Shown in pieces: positions 1-13,445 of a stretch of 64,000 nt of DNA. Source of the stretch: Octopus vulgaris. Lineage: Eukaryota. The notes below the pieces were generated by a model. That model was not told the DNA's origin. It did not search any database and saw nothing but the letters and a program-made list of their open reading frames with translations. A program made the position numbers and the translations under genes. The stretch lies in the NCBI GenBank assembly GCA_951406725.2, contig OX597836.1, positions 26,412,001 through 26,476,000 on the forward strand. Direction: 5' to 3'. The first letter of the stretch is position 1. Each line of letters starts with the position of its first letter.

Positions 1-400
1 CACTGAATCATTGCAGCCCACAGGATTATGCAATTCTCACTTTAGGTGACTCCTTCTGGAATTTTCACATACCAAGCCTTTGTTCTTTGAAGGCCGAGAT
101 TTCCAAAGAGCTCCCAATGGATTGTTCCTTCCACATTGTCTCATGTCGTTTTTTCGTATTCGCCTTGTGCCAATTTCGGGCATTCGCTAACGATGTGCCA
201 TATCGTTTCACCCATCTCACCACACATTCTGCATTTGTCGCTGTCGGTAGTGCTGTCGCTACTACTCCACATAGTTAGTCCTTAACGCCTGTTCTTGTGC
301 TGCGCATATAAGAGCTTCTATCCCCATCTACAGATCACTCCCCCCGATTTCATTGCCACCGATCTTCTGTATCTGTCTTGGCGTTCGTATCTCGTATCTC
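1..400 (-). mobile_element. Degraded RLE-type non-LTR retrotransposon fragment (R4/Dong-like), zinc-knuckle region
   Basis: Minus-strand translation across frameshifts and stops gives EALICAAQEQALRTNYV, DKCRMCGEMGETIWHIVSECPKLAQ, IHWEL, AWYVKIPEGV and ENCIILW. These match the CCHC knuckle and pre-RLE motifs of R2/R4-group LINEs. Abuts a (TAA)n/(CAA)n tract at 400-436. Confidence 0.8.
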
Positions 401-443
401 TTATCATTATTATTATTATTGTTGTTGTTGTTGTTGATTTCAG

Positions 444-554
444 ATTGTCTTGATCAACATAAGAAGTGTCCTCATTGGGCCTCTGTCGGAGAATGTGACA
501 AGAATCCAAAATACATGCATAAGTACTGTAAAAAATCTTGTCAGTTGTGTGTAG
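444..554 (+). CDS. ShK (ShKT) domain exon of a gene starting upstream of the window
   Basis: ttcag acceptor and GTAAGT donor, 111 nt, phase 1-1. Encodes CLDQHKKCPHWASVGECDKNPKYMHKYCKKSCQLC, the six-Cys ShKT pattern. Confidence 0.9.
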   Translation: MVLINIRSVLIGPLSENVTRIQNTCISTVKNLVSCV

Positions 555-790
555 GTAAGTTTATCTTTGGCTTCTCCTACCCGGTTGTCCTTCACTTTTC
601 CTCCTCCACCCGTTTTCTACTGTTGTTTCGTTTCAAAACAAAATGTAATAAGAACACCCTCCAACTATTTCATAGCGAAGGGAATTTTACAAATGGGCAT
701 TAGGATTGGTGTTGATTTAGGAATGGTGAGTACAATACTCGGAGTTTCTCGCAAGTCACGGGTGTGAATTTATTCACCATTCTCTTAAAT

Positions 791-837
<47 letters not shown>

Positions 838-963
838 TGTGTGTGTGTGTGTATTTTATTGTACTCTTATGGAAAAATACCTCCACACTACGCCCTCAGG
901 GAGAAGCCAACGGGTGTAAAGCCATACAGATATTCTCTCTTTAATATGGTATGAATGGTGATA

Positions 964-1425
964 GGGCGATGAGCTGGCGGAATCGTTAGCACGCCAGGCA
1001 AAACGCTTGACGGCATTTCGTTCATCTTTAAGTTCTGAGTTCAAACTACACCGAGATCGACTTTGCATTTCATCCTTTCAGAGTCGCGTACCAGTTACGC
1101 ACTGGGGTCGATGTAATTGACTCATCCCCTTCCCCAAAATTTCAGGCCTTGTGCCTATTGTAGAAAGGCATATCATTATTATTATTATTATTATGGTGGT
1201 GGTGGTGGTGAGCTGGCAGAATGGTTAGCACACTGGGCAAAATGCTGAGCGGTATTTCGTCCGTCTTTAAATTCTGAGTTCAAAATTCCGCCGAGGTAAA
1301 ATTTGCCTTTCATCCTTTCGAGGTCGATTAAATGAGTACCAGCTACGCACTGGGATCGATGTAATCGACTTTATCCCTACCCCCAAATTTGATTCCTTGT
1401 GCTTCCAGTAGAAAGGATTATTATC
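964..1425 (+). mobile_element. Two tandem tRNA-derived SINE family B copies with (TTA)n tails
   Basis: GAGCTGGCAGAA..GAGTTCAAATTCCGCCGAGGTCGACTTTGCCTTTCATCCTTTCG consensus. Further copies at about 18460-18694, 22046-22240, 22953-23176, 29860-30660, 42062-42278, 43150-43366, 52283-52512, 56177-56395 and 59141-59338. Confidence 0.85.
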
Positions 1426-1611
1426 ATTATCATTAATTATCATCTTAATTGGCTTGGTGATTGTGATTGTGGTGGTGGCAGTGGTGGGTGATAATATTGA
1501 AACGAGCAGGAAGCAAAATTGTTTGTTGTAGCTTCTTGAACTCTTCTCTTAAAATTCTGAGGGCGATAAAATATTACCAGGTATGTAATGGGGTTCATCT
1601 AATTGTTTACA

Positions 1612-1672
<61 letters not shown>

Positions 1673-1792
1673 TCTCGCTTTTTCTCTATCTATCTATCTA
1701 TCTTCCTTTACCTCCTTCTCCCTCCAGTAAATGCTTTATTTTGCGTTTATAACAAACCACATTAGAATTCCTGTTCACTTCTTTATTTGCAG

Positions 1793-1905
1793 CCTGCATT
1801 GATAAGAACGCTAAATGTGCTCAATGGGCCAAAAGGGGCGAATGTGACATAAATCCAGTTTACATGCATAAACACTGTAAACGGTCTTGCTTTATCTGTA
1901 GCTAA
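1793..1905 (+). CDS. Second ShK domain exon, last coding exon
   Basis: tttgcag acceptor, phase 1 compatible with the previous exon. Encodes CIDKNAKCAQWAKRGECDINPVYMHKHCKRSCFICS then TAA at 1903-1905. A GTAAGT donor follows at 1910. Confidence 0.9.
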
Positions 1906-2432
1906 ATTGGTAAGTATTACAAGCGATTCCCTTTCGTGTTTAGAAGCGTGTGTATATATGTTTATTTACAGAGCCGACTGGTTTCGCATGTGATTGTGAG
2001 ACAAACTTCTTTAACTCTCAAACATTCCTACACTTGCTATATGTTTCTAGAACCTACAGATGAGTGATACAGCTAGTCTTCTACGGATTCAGCTAGTCTG
2101 CTATGGGTTCAAATCCACCCACAAGTACGTTTCTCTGATATAAAAATAAGAATGTAAAATATAGAAATAAGACTTGTGAAAGCTTTACCAAAGAAATCCT
2201 ACCGTAGCAGAATAATATTGGAGACAGATTTTATTTTAGATTCTTTTCGATATTCAATTATTATTTAAAAATTAATGTAAAAATTGTAAATCATGAAAAT
2301 CTCTCTCAAGGAATAACAAATGTCAAATGTTTAACAAAGAATATAGTTTTCAAAGATGTTCTCTTTTAAGACTGCACCTTCAGTACTACCAATATTGAAT
2401 TCCTAATATTTTAAGAGGCTAAATCCACAGAT

Positions 2433-2882
2433 TGGCTGTGTGATAAGTAGCTTGCTTACCAACAACATGGTCATGGGTTCAGCCCCACTGCGTGGCACAT
2501 TGGGCAAGTGTCTTCTACTATAGCCTCGGGCCAACCAAAGCCTTGTGAGTGGATTTGGTAGACGGAAACTGAAAGAAGCCCGTCGTATATATGTATATAT
2601 ATATGCGTGTTTGTGTTTGTGTGTGCATATGTTTGTGTGTCTGTGGTTGTCCCCCCCCCATCATCGTGTGTGCATATGTTTGTCCCCCCATCATCGCTTG
2701 ACAATCGATGCTGGTGTGTTTACGTCCACGTAACTTAGCGGCTCGGCAAAAGAGACCGATAGAATAAGTACTAGGCTTACAAAGAATAAATCCTGGGGTC
2801 GATTTGTTTGACTAAAGGCGGTGCTCCAGCATGGCCACAGTCAAATGACTGAAACAAATAAAAGAGTAAAGTAAAAGAGTAA
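2433..2882 (+). mobile_element. tRNA-derived SINE family A (internal TA/TG microsatellite, AAAGAGT tail)
   Basis: TGGCTGTGTGG A box, GGTTCAG B box, CTTGGGCAAGT core. More than 12 copies in the window. Confidence 0.85.
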
Positions 2883-3329
2883 AGTTCCCAACAGTTTTAT
2901 TGCTTCCGAAAGCAACTATCTAATATAAAGGCCAGAAGGTGCTATTTTGACGTGTGATCTATAACCTAAAGGGAGATTACTTTGGGTTACTTTTTAGTTT
3001 ACTTTTCAATTTCTAAAACACCTTAACTGTTAGCGAAAGATTTTTTTTACAATAAATTCTTTGGTACACACTTAAATTTCCAAAATTGTTAGTATTTTAA
3101 TAATAATAAAACCATATTCCCTTTATCTCTTAGTGAATAATAACAACCCAAGAATAAACAATACGATGATTGAAATAAGCGCGTAGATCACACAAGTTTG
3201 GCATCCGCGAGTTTTACAACGTAAAGCAACTAAAAACTAAACAAGAGTAATCGCCCTTGAAGTTGCTGATTACGCACCAAAGTGTCACCGGCCAGAAAAC
3301 GCAGGAAGTCCTATTATCGACATTAATAT

Positions 3330-3691
3330 GGGAAGCACTCCGTCGTTTACGACGATGAGGGTTCCGGTTGATCCGAATCAACGGAACAGCCTGCTCGTGA
3401 AATTAACGTGTAAGTGGCTGAGCACACCACAGACACGTGCACCCTTAACGTAGTTCTCGGGGATATTCAGCGTGACACAGAGAGTGACAAGGCCGGCCCT
3501 TTGAAATACAGGTGAGAGAAAGTTGTGGTGAAAGAGTACAGCAGGGATCACCACAATCCCCTGCCGGAGCCTCGTGGAGCTTTAGGTGTTTTCACTCAAT
3601 AAACACTCACAACGCCTAGTCTGGGAATTGAAACCGCGATCCTATGACCGCGAGTCCGCTGCCCTAACCACTGGACCATTGCGCCTCCACC
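3330..3691 (-). mobile_element. tRNA-derived SINE (family C) with 12-bp TSD
   Basis: tRNA-like head with A/B boxes on the minus strand. CGACATTAATAT at 3318-3329 and 3692-3703. Related copies near 9720-10035, 13550-13830, 15926-16170, 17290-17585, 46095-46392, 52675-52990 and 54061-54310. Confidence 0.85.
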
Positions 3692-3706
3692 CGACATTAA
3701 TATACA

Positions 3707-4393
3707 CAGTGGCAGACTGGCCAGGTTGCCAGCTTGCCCGATGGCAAGTGGGACCCTGTGCCATTTGAATCCATATATGGGGGTCCATGTTAGTACGTAG
3801 GGGCCCATCCACTCAAGTTTGAGAATTTTTTATTCAACCCTGAGAGAATGCATTAATTATTTCTGCCTGGCTGTGTTTGCAGACAGTTGAAAAGAATACT
3901 TTTAACAAAAAAACAAAAAAAAATTAAATGATAGCGCAGGAGTGGCTGTGTGGTAAGTAGCTTGCTAACCAACCACATGGTTCCGTGGCATCATGGGCAA
4001 GTGTCTTCTGCTATAGCCCCGGGCCGACCAATGCCTTGTGAGTGGATTTGGTAGACGGAAACTGAAAGAAGCCTGTCGTATATATGTATATATATATAAG
4101 TGTGTGTGTGTGTATATGTTTGTGTCTGTGTTTCTCCCCCTAGCATTGCTTGACAACTGATGCTGGTGTTTTTACGTCCCCTTCACTTAACGGTTCGGCA
4201 AAAGTGACCGATAGAATAAGTACTGGGCTTACAAAGAATAAGTCCCGGGGTCGATTTGCTCGACTAAAGGCGGTGCTCCAGCATGGCCGCAGTCAAATGA
4301 CTGAAACAAGTAAAAGAGTAAAGAGCATTGTAGTTGCGGGTGGGCCCCCTTAGTCTCCTGGCAACCAATATTCTTAGACCCAGTCCGCCATGG
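3707..4393. mobile_element. Possible MITE interrupted by a SINE
   Basis: Ends CAGTGGCAGACTGG / CCAGTCCGCCATGG are imperfect inverted repeats. Confidence 0.4.
3934..4325 (+). mobile_element. SINE family A copy
   Basis: Homologous to 2433-2882. Confidence 0.85.
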
Positions 4394-4535
4394 AATATGC
4401 TTATCCTTGTGTGTATGTGTATATATACATATTGATGAGAGTCTATGTGCATGCGTTCTTATATATTTATGAATATTTAATAGTTTTCTTTGATGACTTT
4501 CTTTGGTAATTTTTTCTCTTATGTTTGTTTTTCAG

Positions 4536-4665
4536 ATCCAAGAAATTCCAGAAATTCCAGAATAACTCGATGCTTACCATTCTTCGTTAGAATTCATTTA
4601 AACCAACATTTACATACCGAGATTTATAACCATGAAATCAATAAAAATTATATTACTTTTATATA
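4536..4665 (+). other. Probable non-coding 3'UTR terminal exon of the ShK gene
   Basis: Strong pyrimidine tract plus ttcag acceptor ending 4535, and AATAAA at 4640-4645. Pairs with the donor at 1910. Confidence 0.6.
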
Positions 4666-4681
4666 TAAATATTTGATGATG

Positions 4682-4743
<62 letters not shown>

Positions 4744-4816
4744 CTGCCCTAGGTGTATGGAAAACACTCGGCGAGAAACGGAAGAAAATTTGAAGAAAGA
4801 AGGAAAAAAACATAAC

Positions 4817-4852
<36 letters not shown>

Positions 4853-5119
4853 TCATTAGTCGCAGAGCTTAAATAAATTTAGTTGTCCATTGAAATGAGT
4901 TTTTTGTTGTTTATGCTTTGGATTTTGGTTGTCGAGACACTGAAGTCGGATGCAATATTTTGAGAGCACTGAATTACTTCCCTTTGCCTTTCATTTTTCT
5001 CTAGTAACAGGAATGAGGATTGGTGAAATGCTATGATGAGTCTTGGTCCTTTCGCTGCTAGTCTGACTCTGTCAATTTCTTTACAGTATTTTTTGTGGGT
5101 GGAGGAGACAACAAGTCTG

Positions 5120-5553
5120 GGATCTTTTCGGTTTGAACGGCAGTTTTCTGAAATAATTTCCACGTAACTAAAAAATTTTTAATTTCGTATACTGGTAGAA
5201 TGTGTTTATAAAACATCTTTTTCTCTTGGCTTTATTGAGAAAATTCTATAGTTTGTAAGATATTTGTCGTTTTTTCTTCAATTTCTGCAATTTCAACCAA
5301 TCAGTGACATCTATTGAGGTAAAAAAAACATTCTGTGCCGTATGAATATGTCCCTCGTTTAAGAAACAGATTGGGTTTATTTACATTTGTGAAGAAAAAA
5401 AAGATACCCTTCCCCCCACCCCTAACTAACCCTAACTCTACCCCTAACCCTAAAACACACTGAAATGCAATAGATCGATACTAGGGTCATAATTATGGGT
5501 GACAATTTCATATGACACCGCTAGAAAAACTGCCGTTCAAACCGAAAATATCC
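5120..5553. mobile_element. MITE with ~28-bp TIRs, 8-bp TSD and internal telomere-like CCCTAA repeats
   Basis: TIRs GGATCTTTTCGGTTTGAACGGCAGTTTT / AAAACTGCCGTTCAAACCGAAAATATCC. Direct repeat CAAGTCTG at 5112-5119 and 5554-5561. Confidence 0.88.
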
Positions 5554-6039
5554 CAAGTCTGAGATCTGTACACTGGAGGTGGCGTGTGTTTCTGTATTTG
5601 CGTACGTGTTTCTGTATGTGCGTTTGTGTGTAAGAGTGTGTGTGTGTGTGTTTGTAAGTTTGAGTATGTGTTTCTGTGTGTGTGTGCGCGCGAACGTGCA
5701 TGTGAGCACGTGATCTACGGGTCAGGCATATAGTACTCACGATCGCAACATCGTGGTTTCAATTTCCAGACATCCTGTACATTGAGTTCTTGAGCAAAAC
5801 ACTTCATTTCCTGTTGCTCCAGTCCACAAAATGAGTGACCCCTGCAATGCGTTTTGTTCCATCTCTCACGACCAGAGTCAAACTTTATATATATATGTGT
5901 GTGTGTGTGTGTGTGCATGTGTTTATATACACACACACACACACACACACATACATATATGTAGCAACACCAAATGGCGGTACCCCAGCATGGCCACAGC
6001 TCGTGAGCCGAAACTAGATAAAATTTTAAAAATAAATAA

Positions 6040-6127
6040 TATATATATATATAGACATGTATATATATATGTATACATACACATATATATATATATATAT
6101 TTACATATATATATATATACATATATT

Positions 6128-6174
<47 letters not shown>

Positions 6175-6250
6175 TATATATATATATATATACATATATT
6201 TACATATATATATACATATATTTACATATATATATATATATACATATATT

Positions 6251-6292
<42 letters not shown>

Positions 6293-6322
6293 TAATATAT
6301 ATATATATATACATATATTTAC

Positions 6323-6353
<31 letters not shown>

Positions 6354-6355
6354 TT

Positions 6356-6397
<42 letters not shown>

Positions 6398-6697
6398 ATA
6401 TATACATATATTTACATATATATATATACATATATTTATATATATATATATATATAAATATATTTACATATATATATATACATATATTTACATATATATA
6501 TATATATATATATATTCATATATTTAAATATATATATACATATATACATATATATATATATATTCATATATATATACATATATATATATATATACATATA
6601 TACATATATATACATATATATATATATATACATATATACATATACATATATATACATATATATATACACATATATATATATACACATATATATATAT
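6040..6697. repeat. Long interrupted (TA)n microsatellite
   Basis: Direct observation. Confidence 0.95.
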
Positions 6698-7030
6698 CCT
6701 ATGTCTCCCTAGCTCTCTCCCTTTCATAACTTCCCTCCACTTTAAGTGATCAGCACTCCCTTATCTAACTGTCCTCATCCATCCGCATCACCTGACCAAA
6801 CTAGCACAGCCTCCGCTCTTGAATACTGCATATAATTTTTCTTATACTTAACATTTGAAGGGAAAACACTTGTTAAGTAAAGATAATGTTTATGTGTAAG
6901 CGCTTGTGTTTGTGCTCTACCACTGTTGGAAAACTGGAGCTGGTTTGCTTATATCCCTGAAACCTAGCAGTTCAGCAAATGACACCGACAGAATAAGTAA
7001 CAGGCTAAAAAAATAAGTACTAGGATCAAT

Positions 7031-7240
7031 TTACTCTTTTACTTGTTTCAGTCATTTGACTGCAGCCATGCTAGAGCACCGCCTTTAATCGAGCAACTCG
7101 ACCCCGGGACTTATTCTTTGTAAGCCCAGTACTTATTCTATCGGTCACTTTTGCCGAACCGCTAAGTAATGGGGACATAAACACACCAGCATCGGTTGTC
7201 AAGCAATGCTAGGGGGACAAACACAGACACACAAACACAT

Positions 7241-7279
<39 letters not shown>

Positions 7280-7445
7280 TACGACGGGCTTCTTTCAGTT
7301 TCCATCTACCAAATTCACTCACAAGGCTTTGGTCGGCCCAAGGTTATAGTAGAAGACAATTGCCCAAGGTGCCACGCAGTGGGACTGAACCCGGAACCAT
7401 GTGGTTGGTGAACAAGCTACTTACCACACAGCCACTCCTGCGCCT
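7031..7445 (-). mobile_element. SINE family A copy
   Basis: Full-length reverse-complement copy. Confidence 0.85.
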
Positions 7446-9323
7446 ATGTTTAATTAACAAAAGAAAAACTTCATGGCAGTGCCCCAGCATGGTCGGGGTC
7501 CAAAAACTGAAAAGAATAATACATACAAAGTGTAAAAAAAAAACTGTTTTAAAGTCTTAAAATTTAGAAAAAATCTATGAAACAATTGCTTACCTTGTAT
7601 TACCCAATGGATAATTGTCCCACGTGAAAAGCACCTGTGCCAGTGCTGCATAAGAGCATCCAGTACACTCTTGGAGTGGTTGGCGTTAGGAAGGGCATCC
7701 AGCTGTAGAAACCTTGCCATAGCAGACGAGGAGCCCAGGCAGCGCTTCAGCTGGCCGAGTTCCAGACAAACCATTCAACTCATGGAAAACAGACATAAAG
7801 GAGGAGGAGGAAGGAGAAGAGGAGGAGGGGGAGGAAGGAGAAGAGGGGGAAGAAGAGGAAGAGGGGGAAGGAGAAGAGGAGGAGGAGGAGAAAAAAGAAG
7901 AGGAGGAGAAAAAAGAAGAGGAGGAGGAGGAGGAAGAGGAAGAAGAAGAAGAAGAGGAGGAGGAAGTGGTGATGATGATGAACATGTTCTCCAAGATTCT
8001 CAATCCTAAGAGTAGATTTTCTACATCATAAATTATATTCTTAATAAAGAGCCATGATGTACCCACAGTACTAATGTTCTGATGGAGCACCCTTTAAGTA
8101 AAACTCGTTTGAATATATCGAAACAATAACAAAACAAAATGGGTGTATATAAAATAAACAACAACACAGCAGCCCAGCAACATTGGTATAGATTTTAATA
8201 TATATACATATATATATATATTTTTTTTTCAAAGTTTTAATAGATTCCCTCTTTCAGAAACAACTTCATTATAAACACAATTTTAATTTAAACTTTTTGA
8301 AACTTTCTTGCTTTTGTCTTCTTTTTACATTTATTAATTTTTTTTTTTTTTATCATTATTTTTGTCTTAATAATTGGAATGGTAAAATATCCCTTTATCC
8401 AGTCGGATGTGTCTTTCTTTATAATTATCATTGTTTAGATGAAAACTTGTTTTATTATTTATATTGAATTATTCATACAAAATGACCCATTCATTACCCA
8501 ACATATATCAACAACACAATTGTTTTTTTGTTCTTTTTTTCTTGGAAAGCACTGGTGAGTTTGTTTGTTTGTTTGTTTTTATACACAGACCAAACTAGAA
8601 TATTCTAGTTTAAGCTAGTGTTTGGCATTTTTAATGCTTCCAGCATTAAAAATAAATGTTAACTACAACAAAAATATTTTAAATTGGTTTCCTCTTACAC
8701 AACACGACTTCTACTTTGTTGAAGAATCCTCTCCAAGATTCCCTTTTTGTTCAAACCGAACAAAATTGTCTTTTAATAATTGTCAATGCATGAGGCATTA
8801 AAAAACACTGCCGTAACTTGAATATTTTCTCAGCTACAACAATTTTTACAAAGGTCCTTGAAACAACAGCTCCTTGAATTCATGACCCGAATATTTTACA
8901 GGTATTTTTTTTCCATAAATTCTGGAGAGACAAGGAGCAGAGTCTTCCCTTGTTGGGATCTGAATTTGAAACCGAAACTAAATATTTCAATGAGTTTCAT
9001 CACAGAAGAAAAAAAAAAACTGTCTTGGTCACAGCCTTTGTCCAAAAACTCTGCTGCCTTTTGGTCTCAGCGATTGTCTGTACCACCAAATATTAACACA
9101 AGTCAAGTCATTTCAACAATAATGAAAATATAAATAAACATGGCTTCCATTTTTTCACTTTTGCTGTTTTTGTCTTTTTTCTTTTTTGGTGGGGTGGGGG
9201 CAGATGAGCTTTGGAGGGAGGGGATTTGAAAGAGTGGAGAGACATATGGAGAGGGGTTTTCTGTCCTTGCTAGTCTGTATATAAATTATCCTCCTTTAAC
9301 AAGGTCAGTCTTTATTTTATAGT

Positions 9324-9378
<55 letters not shown>

Positions 9379-10580
9379 GCAAACACACACACATATAGAT
9401 GTGCATATGTGTGTGTATGTATGTATGTAAAAAAAAGTTTATAGACAAAGATCACTCCTACACCTAAGGATCTCCCCTGTCCATAGATACAATACCAATC
9501 CTTTCCATTCACCCAAAATGAACCAATTGCCATCTCTCGTCCCCAATTCTTCTGCAGACAACTAAATAAAATGAGGAACTTATCAACCCTTGTCTAACAC
9601 TGATTGTTAATAATTCTTCTCATCCTTTAAAGACTATAGTCTTGTGAGAAGAAGAAAATAACAGGGAAAACCAGGACAAATTCTAAAGATTCTTTACATT
9701 TGGACCATACACTAAAGGTTAAAGACCCCTTTTGTTCATGAATGACCATGGGACAGCATCTGGAAAGTTACCCTCCGAGGCACAACTCCAGGCAAGGTTG
9801 TTTATGGAAGACCAGCCTCCCCTCTCGACGCCACCAATGTTATCCAAGAGAAAGGCAAAGGCTGATACAGCTTGGCACCTGTGACGTCGCAACTCATTTC
9901 TACAGCTGAGTGAACTGGAGCAATTTGAAATAAAGTGTCTTGCTCAAGAGCACAACACACAGCCCGGTCCAGGAATCGAACTCACTACCTCAAGATTGCG
10001 AGCCTGATGCTCTAACCACTGGGCCATTGCGCTTCACCACTGAGCCATGTGCCTTCACCACTCAGCCATGTGCCTTCAACCATTATGATATTCTGTAGTG
10101 GCTGTGGTGGAATTTCTAACATTTCAATGACAATTCCATCAAAACTCACTCCTAAACCATATAAACTGTTAAACACCAAGAAATATGTTTTTCAATAAAT
10201 ATCAATAAGTCAAATGCCAAGACACAACAAAATGCTAGCAGTGGATGTGAACTCACAACCCTGGAGTTGGCAGGCCCATATTTTTTATAATTCGGTTGGC
10301 TCTCATATTTGTCTTAGTTTCTCTTTGTAAACTTCCTTAACCCTTTAGCATTTAAACCAGCCAAAATACGCCTCCTGGTTTCATGTTCAAACTGACCAAA
10401 TCTAACCTCTCGCAGCTACCCTACATATATCAATAAGTCAAATCTCAAAGCTATGAAACAATACATGATTAACTCAAAACAATATGAATAAACAAGCTTT
10501 GGATTTGATAAGATATATAAATCTTTGTCGGTTGTCAAGCAATGCTAGGGGGCAAACATAGACACACAAACACACACACA

Positions 10581-10617
<37 letters not shown>

Positions 10618-11167
10618 GACGGGCTTCTTTCAGTTTCCGTCTACCAAATCCACTCACAAGGCTTTGGTCGGCCCGAGGCTGTAGTAGAAGACACTTGCCC
10701 AAGGTGCCACGCAGTGGGACTGAACCCGGAACCATGTGGTTGGTAAACAAGCTACTTACCACACAGCCATTCCTATATATATATATATATATATATAATG
10801 CCAAAGGGTTTTAAGAAAACTAAACACTTAATATGGGGCATACCGAGAAAGCAAGACTCCCTTTAGATATGGGTGAGGGGAAAGAGTGTATCCGACGATG
10901 GATTGTAGAACATAAGATTCCAAAAGGTAGTTCCAAAGATGTGGGAACATAAACAAAAGTCAAAATGTGTTGCTGTTGTGAATGTCATTGTTGCTATTTG
11001 AATACAGAGTGAGATATGTTTAGTATGGGTGGGAGAAGACAATGGACCAATATTTAGGGGTTTTGTGTAGTGGCGGTTGAATGAGAAGGGTGGAGTGAGT
11101 TTTCAGGGGTGGGAGGGGGTGGCAAATGTAAGTAACTTTAAATAATTTTATTTTACTGGTACATATA

Positions 11168-11575
11168 CTCTTACTCTTTACTCTTTTACTTGTTTCAGTC
11201 ATTTGACTGCGGCCATGCTGGAGCACCGCCTTTAATCGAGCAACTCGACCCCCGGGACTTAATCTTTTGTAAGCCCAGTACTTATTCTATCGGTCTCTTT
11301 TGCCGAACCGCTAAGTAACAGGGACATAAACACACCAGCATCGGTTGTCAAGCAATGCTAGGGGGACAAACTCAGACACACAAACACACACACGCATATA
11401 TATATATACCTACATATATACGACGGGCTTTTTTCAGTTTCCATCTACCAAATCCACTCACAAGGCTTTGGCCGGCCCGAGACTATAGTAGAAGACACTT
11501 GCCCAAGGTGCCACGCAGTGGGACTGAACCCGGAACCATGCAGTTGGTAAACAAGCTACTTACCACACAGCCACT

Positions 11576-11578
<3 letters not shown>
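11168..11578 (-). mobile_element. SINE family A copy (partial second copy at 10527-10772)
   Basis: Full-length reverse-complement copy. Confidence 0.85.
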
Positions 11579-11633
<55 letters not shown>

Positions 11634-12197
11634 CATCTGCATAGGATAAAAAATAAAATCAGTTGCCTAGTGGAATTTGAACTCAGAACATAAAAATAAA
11701 CACTGAAAATATAAATGCCTTTGGACCAGCACTCTACTGACTCTGCCAGCATTTCTACATTGAGAATGGTGAAATATTGCAGCAACAACACTCCTGAGAT
11801 AGTGAAAGTGGTTCTTTCTAGCGCTGTGTATGGAATCTTGTAGCAGAGCAATGGTGACAGTGGGGGCCGGGAGGGAGGTCGACGATCTAATGTTTCCATT
11901 GATGAATTGACAAAATCAGAAAAGGGGATGAAATGCTTCACAATATTTAGCTTCTGTATCTTTTACACTCTGAGTTCAAATCCTACCAAAGTCAATAAAA
12001 TACAGTACCAGTTGAATATTAGGTGGGGGTGGGGGGAGGGGTCAGTATGATTGATATAATTGGGTATAACCCCAAATGTGTGACCCAGGGGCCTTCGTTA
12101 GGATTTTATTATAATTTTTCAACAGGTTGGCCATCTTTGGATCTCAGACGACTTGTACAGGCACCTCAATATTTCTATACTTTGACTGGTAAACTGT

Positions 12198-12231
<34 letters not shown>

Positions 12232-12459
12232 GGTGATGATGATGTTGATACCACCAGGATGGTGGTGGCTTTAGTTTCCATTGTGAAAATGTTCAATCAG
12301 CAAATTTCTCCACTGGTCCACATTCAAAAACTTTGAGTTGTTTTCATTTTTTTCTTTTTCTGTTTGTTTGTTTGTTTGTTGTTGTTGTGGTCTTTTTTTT
12401 TTTTTTTTTCCTTTTGGTGGTGATGGTCTCAGGGTGTGTGGATATGAAATGCTTTCGAA

Positions 12460-12592
12460 TTACAAGTAACCAGCGAAACAGGCAATGACGACGGTGTGTA
12501 ACAAGAGGAAGTAGAACCAGATAACGGAACGGAGGTTGGGACGGAACCGCAGCAAACGTTGCAGGTGGCGGCTGGAAAAGCAGAAGTATTCC
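12460..12592 (-). CDS. GOLGB1: Giantin-like terminal coding exon with C-terminal transmembrane tail anchor
   Basis: ttctaacag acceptor. The phase-2 frame gives EYFCFSSRHLQRLLRFRPNLRSVIWFYFLLLHTVVIACFAGYL-stop, matching the giantin-type TM tail (YFLxxHxxxIxCFxGxL, with the Tyr and His conserved in giantin, golgin-84 and CASP). Confidence 0.88.
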
Positions 12593-12796
12593 CTGTTAGA
12601 AAGAGAAAGAAAATCACAACAACTGAAGCATGCATGATCCGCCTACATGTGACAACCATAAAGCCCCAACATAGAGAAAGAGAAGGTGGCGGGGTGGAAG
12701 TGTCCAGGAAGGGGATGTCAAGGCAGAGAACAAAGAAGGAGGCGACACCACATAGCATTCATTGAAGAAAACGCCAATTCTATTTTCTGGCAGATT

Positions 12797-13099
12797 CTTT
12801 TACTGGTTTCAGTCATTTCACTGCGGCCATGCTGGAGCACCGCCTTTAGTCGAATGAATCGACCCCAGGACTTATTCTTTTTATAAGCCTAGGACTTATT
12901 CTATCGGTCTCTTTTGCCGAACCGCTACGTTACGGGGCCGTAAACACACCAGTGTTGGTTCTCAGGCAATGGTGGGAGGACAAACACAGACACACAAACA
13001 TACACATACATATATATATACGTACACATACATATATATATATATATACATGCATACACATACATATATATACATACACATACATATATATATATACAT

Positions 13100-13147
<48 letters not shown>

Positions 13148-13221
13148 GCATACACATACATATATATATACATACACATACATATATACATACACATACA
13201 TATACATACACATACATATAC

Positions 13222-13280
<59 letters not shown>

Positions 13281-13445
13281 CGATGGGCTTCTTTCAGTTT
13301 CTATCTACCAAATCTCCACACACAAGGCTTTGGTCAGCCTGAGGCTATAGTAGAATATACTTGCCCAAGGTGCTACGCAGTGAGACTGAACCCAGAACCA
13401 TGTGGTTGGGAAGCAAGCTTCTTACCACACAGCCATGCCTGCACC
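12797..13445 (-). mobile_element. SINE family A copy with expanded internal TA/CA tract
   Basis: Both halves present around ~280 bp of microsatellite. Confidence 0.85.

Noticed and set aside
1965-2040. GAAACCAGTC on the minus strand resembling a hammerhead 3' half
   Set aside because: No CUGANGA core found upstream.
5420-5452. CCCTAA repeats as a chromosome end or fusion site
   Set aside because: Short, degenerate and internal to a TIR/TSD-bounded MITE.
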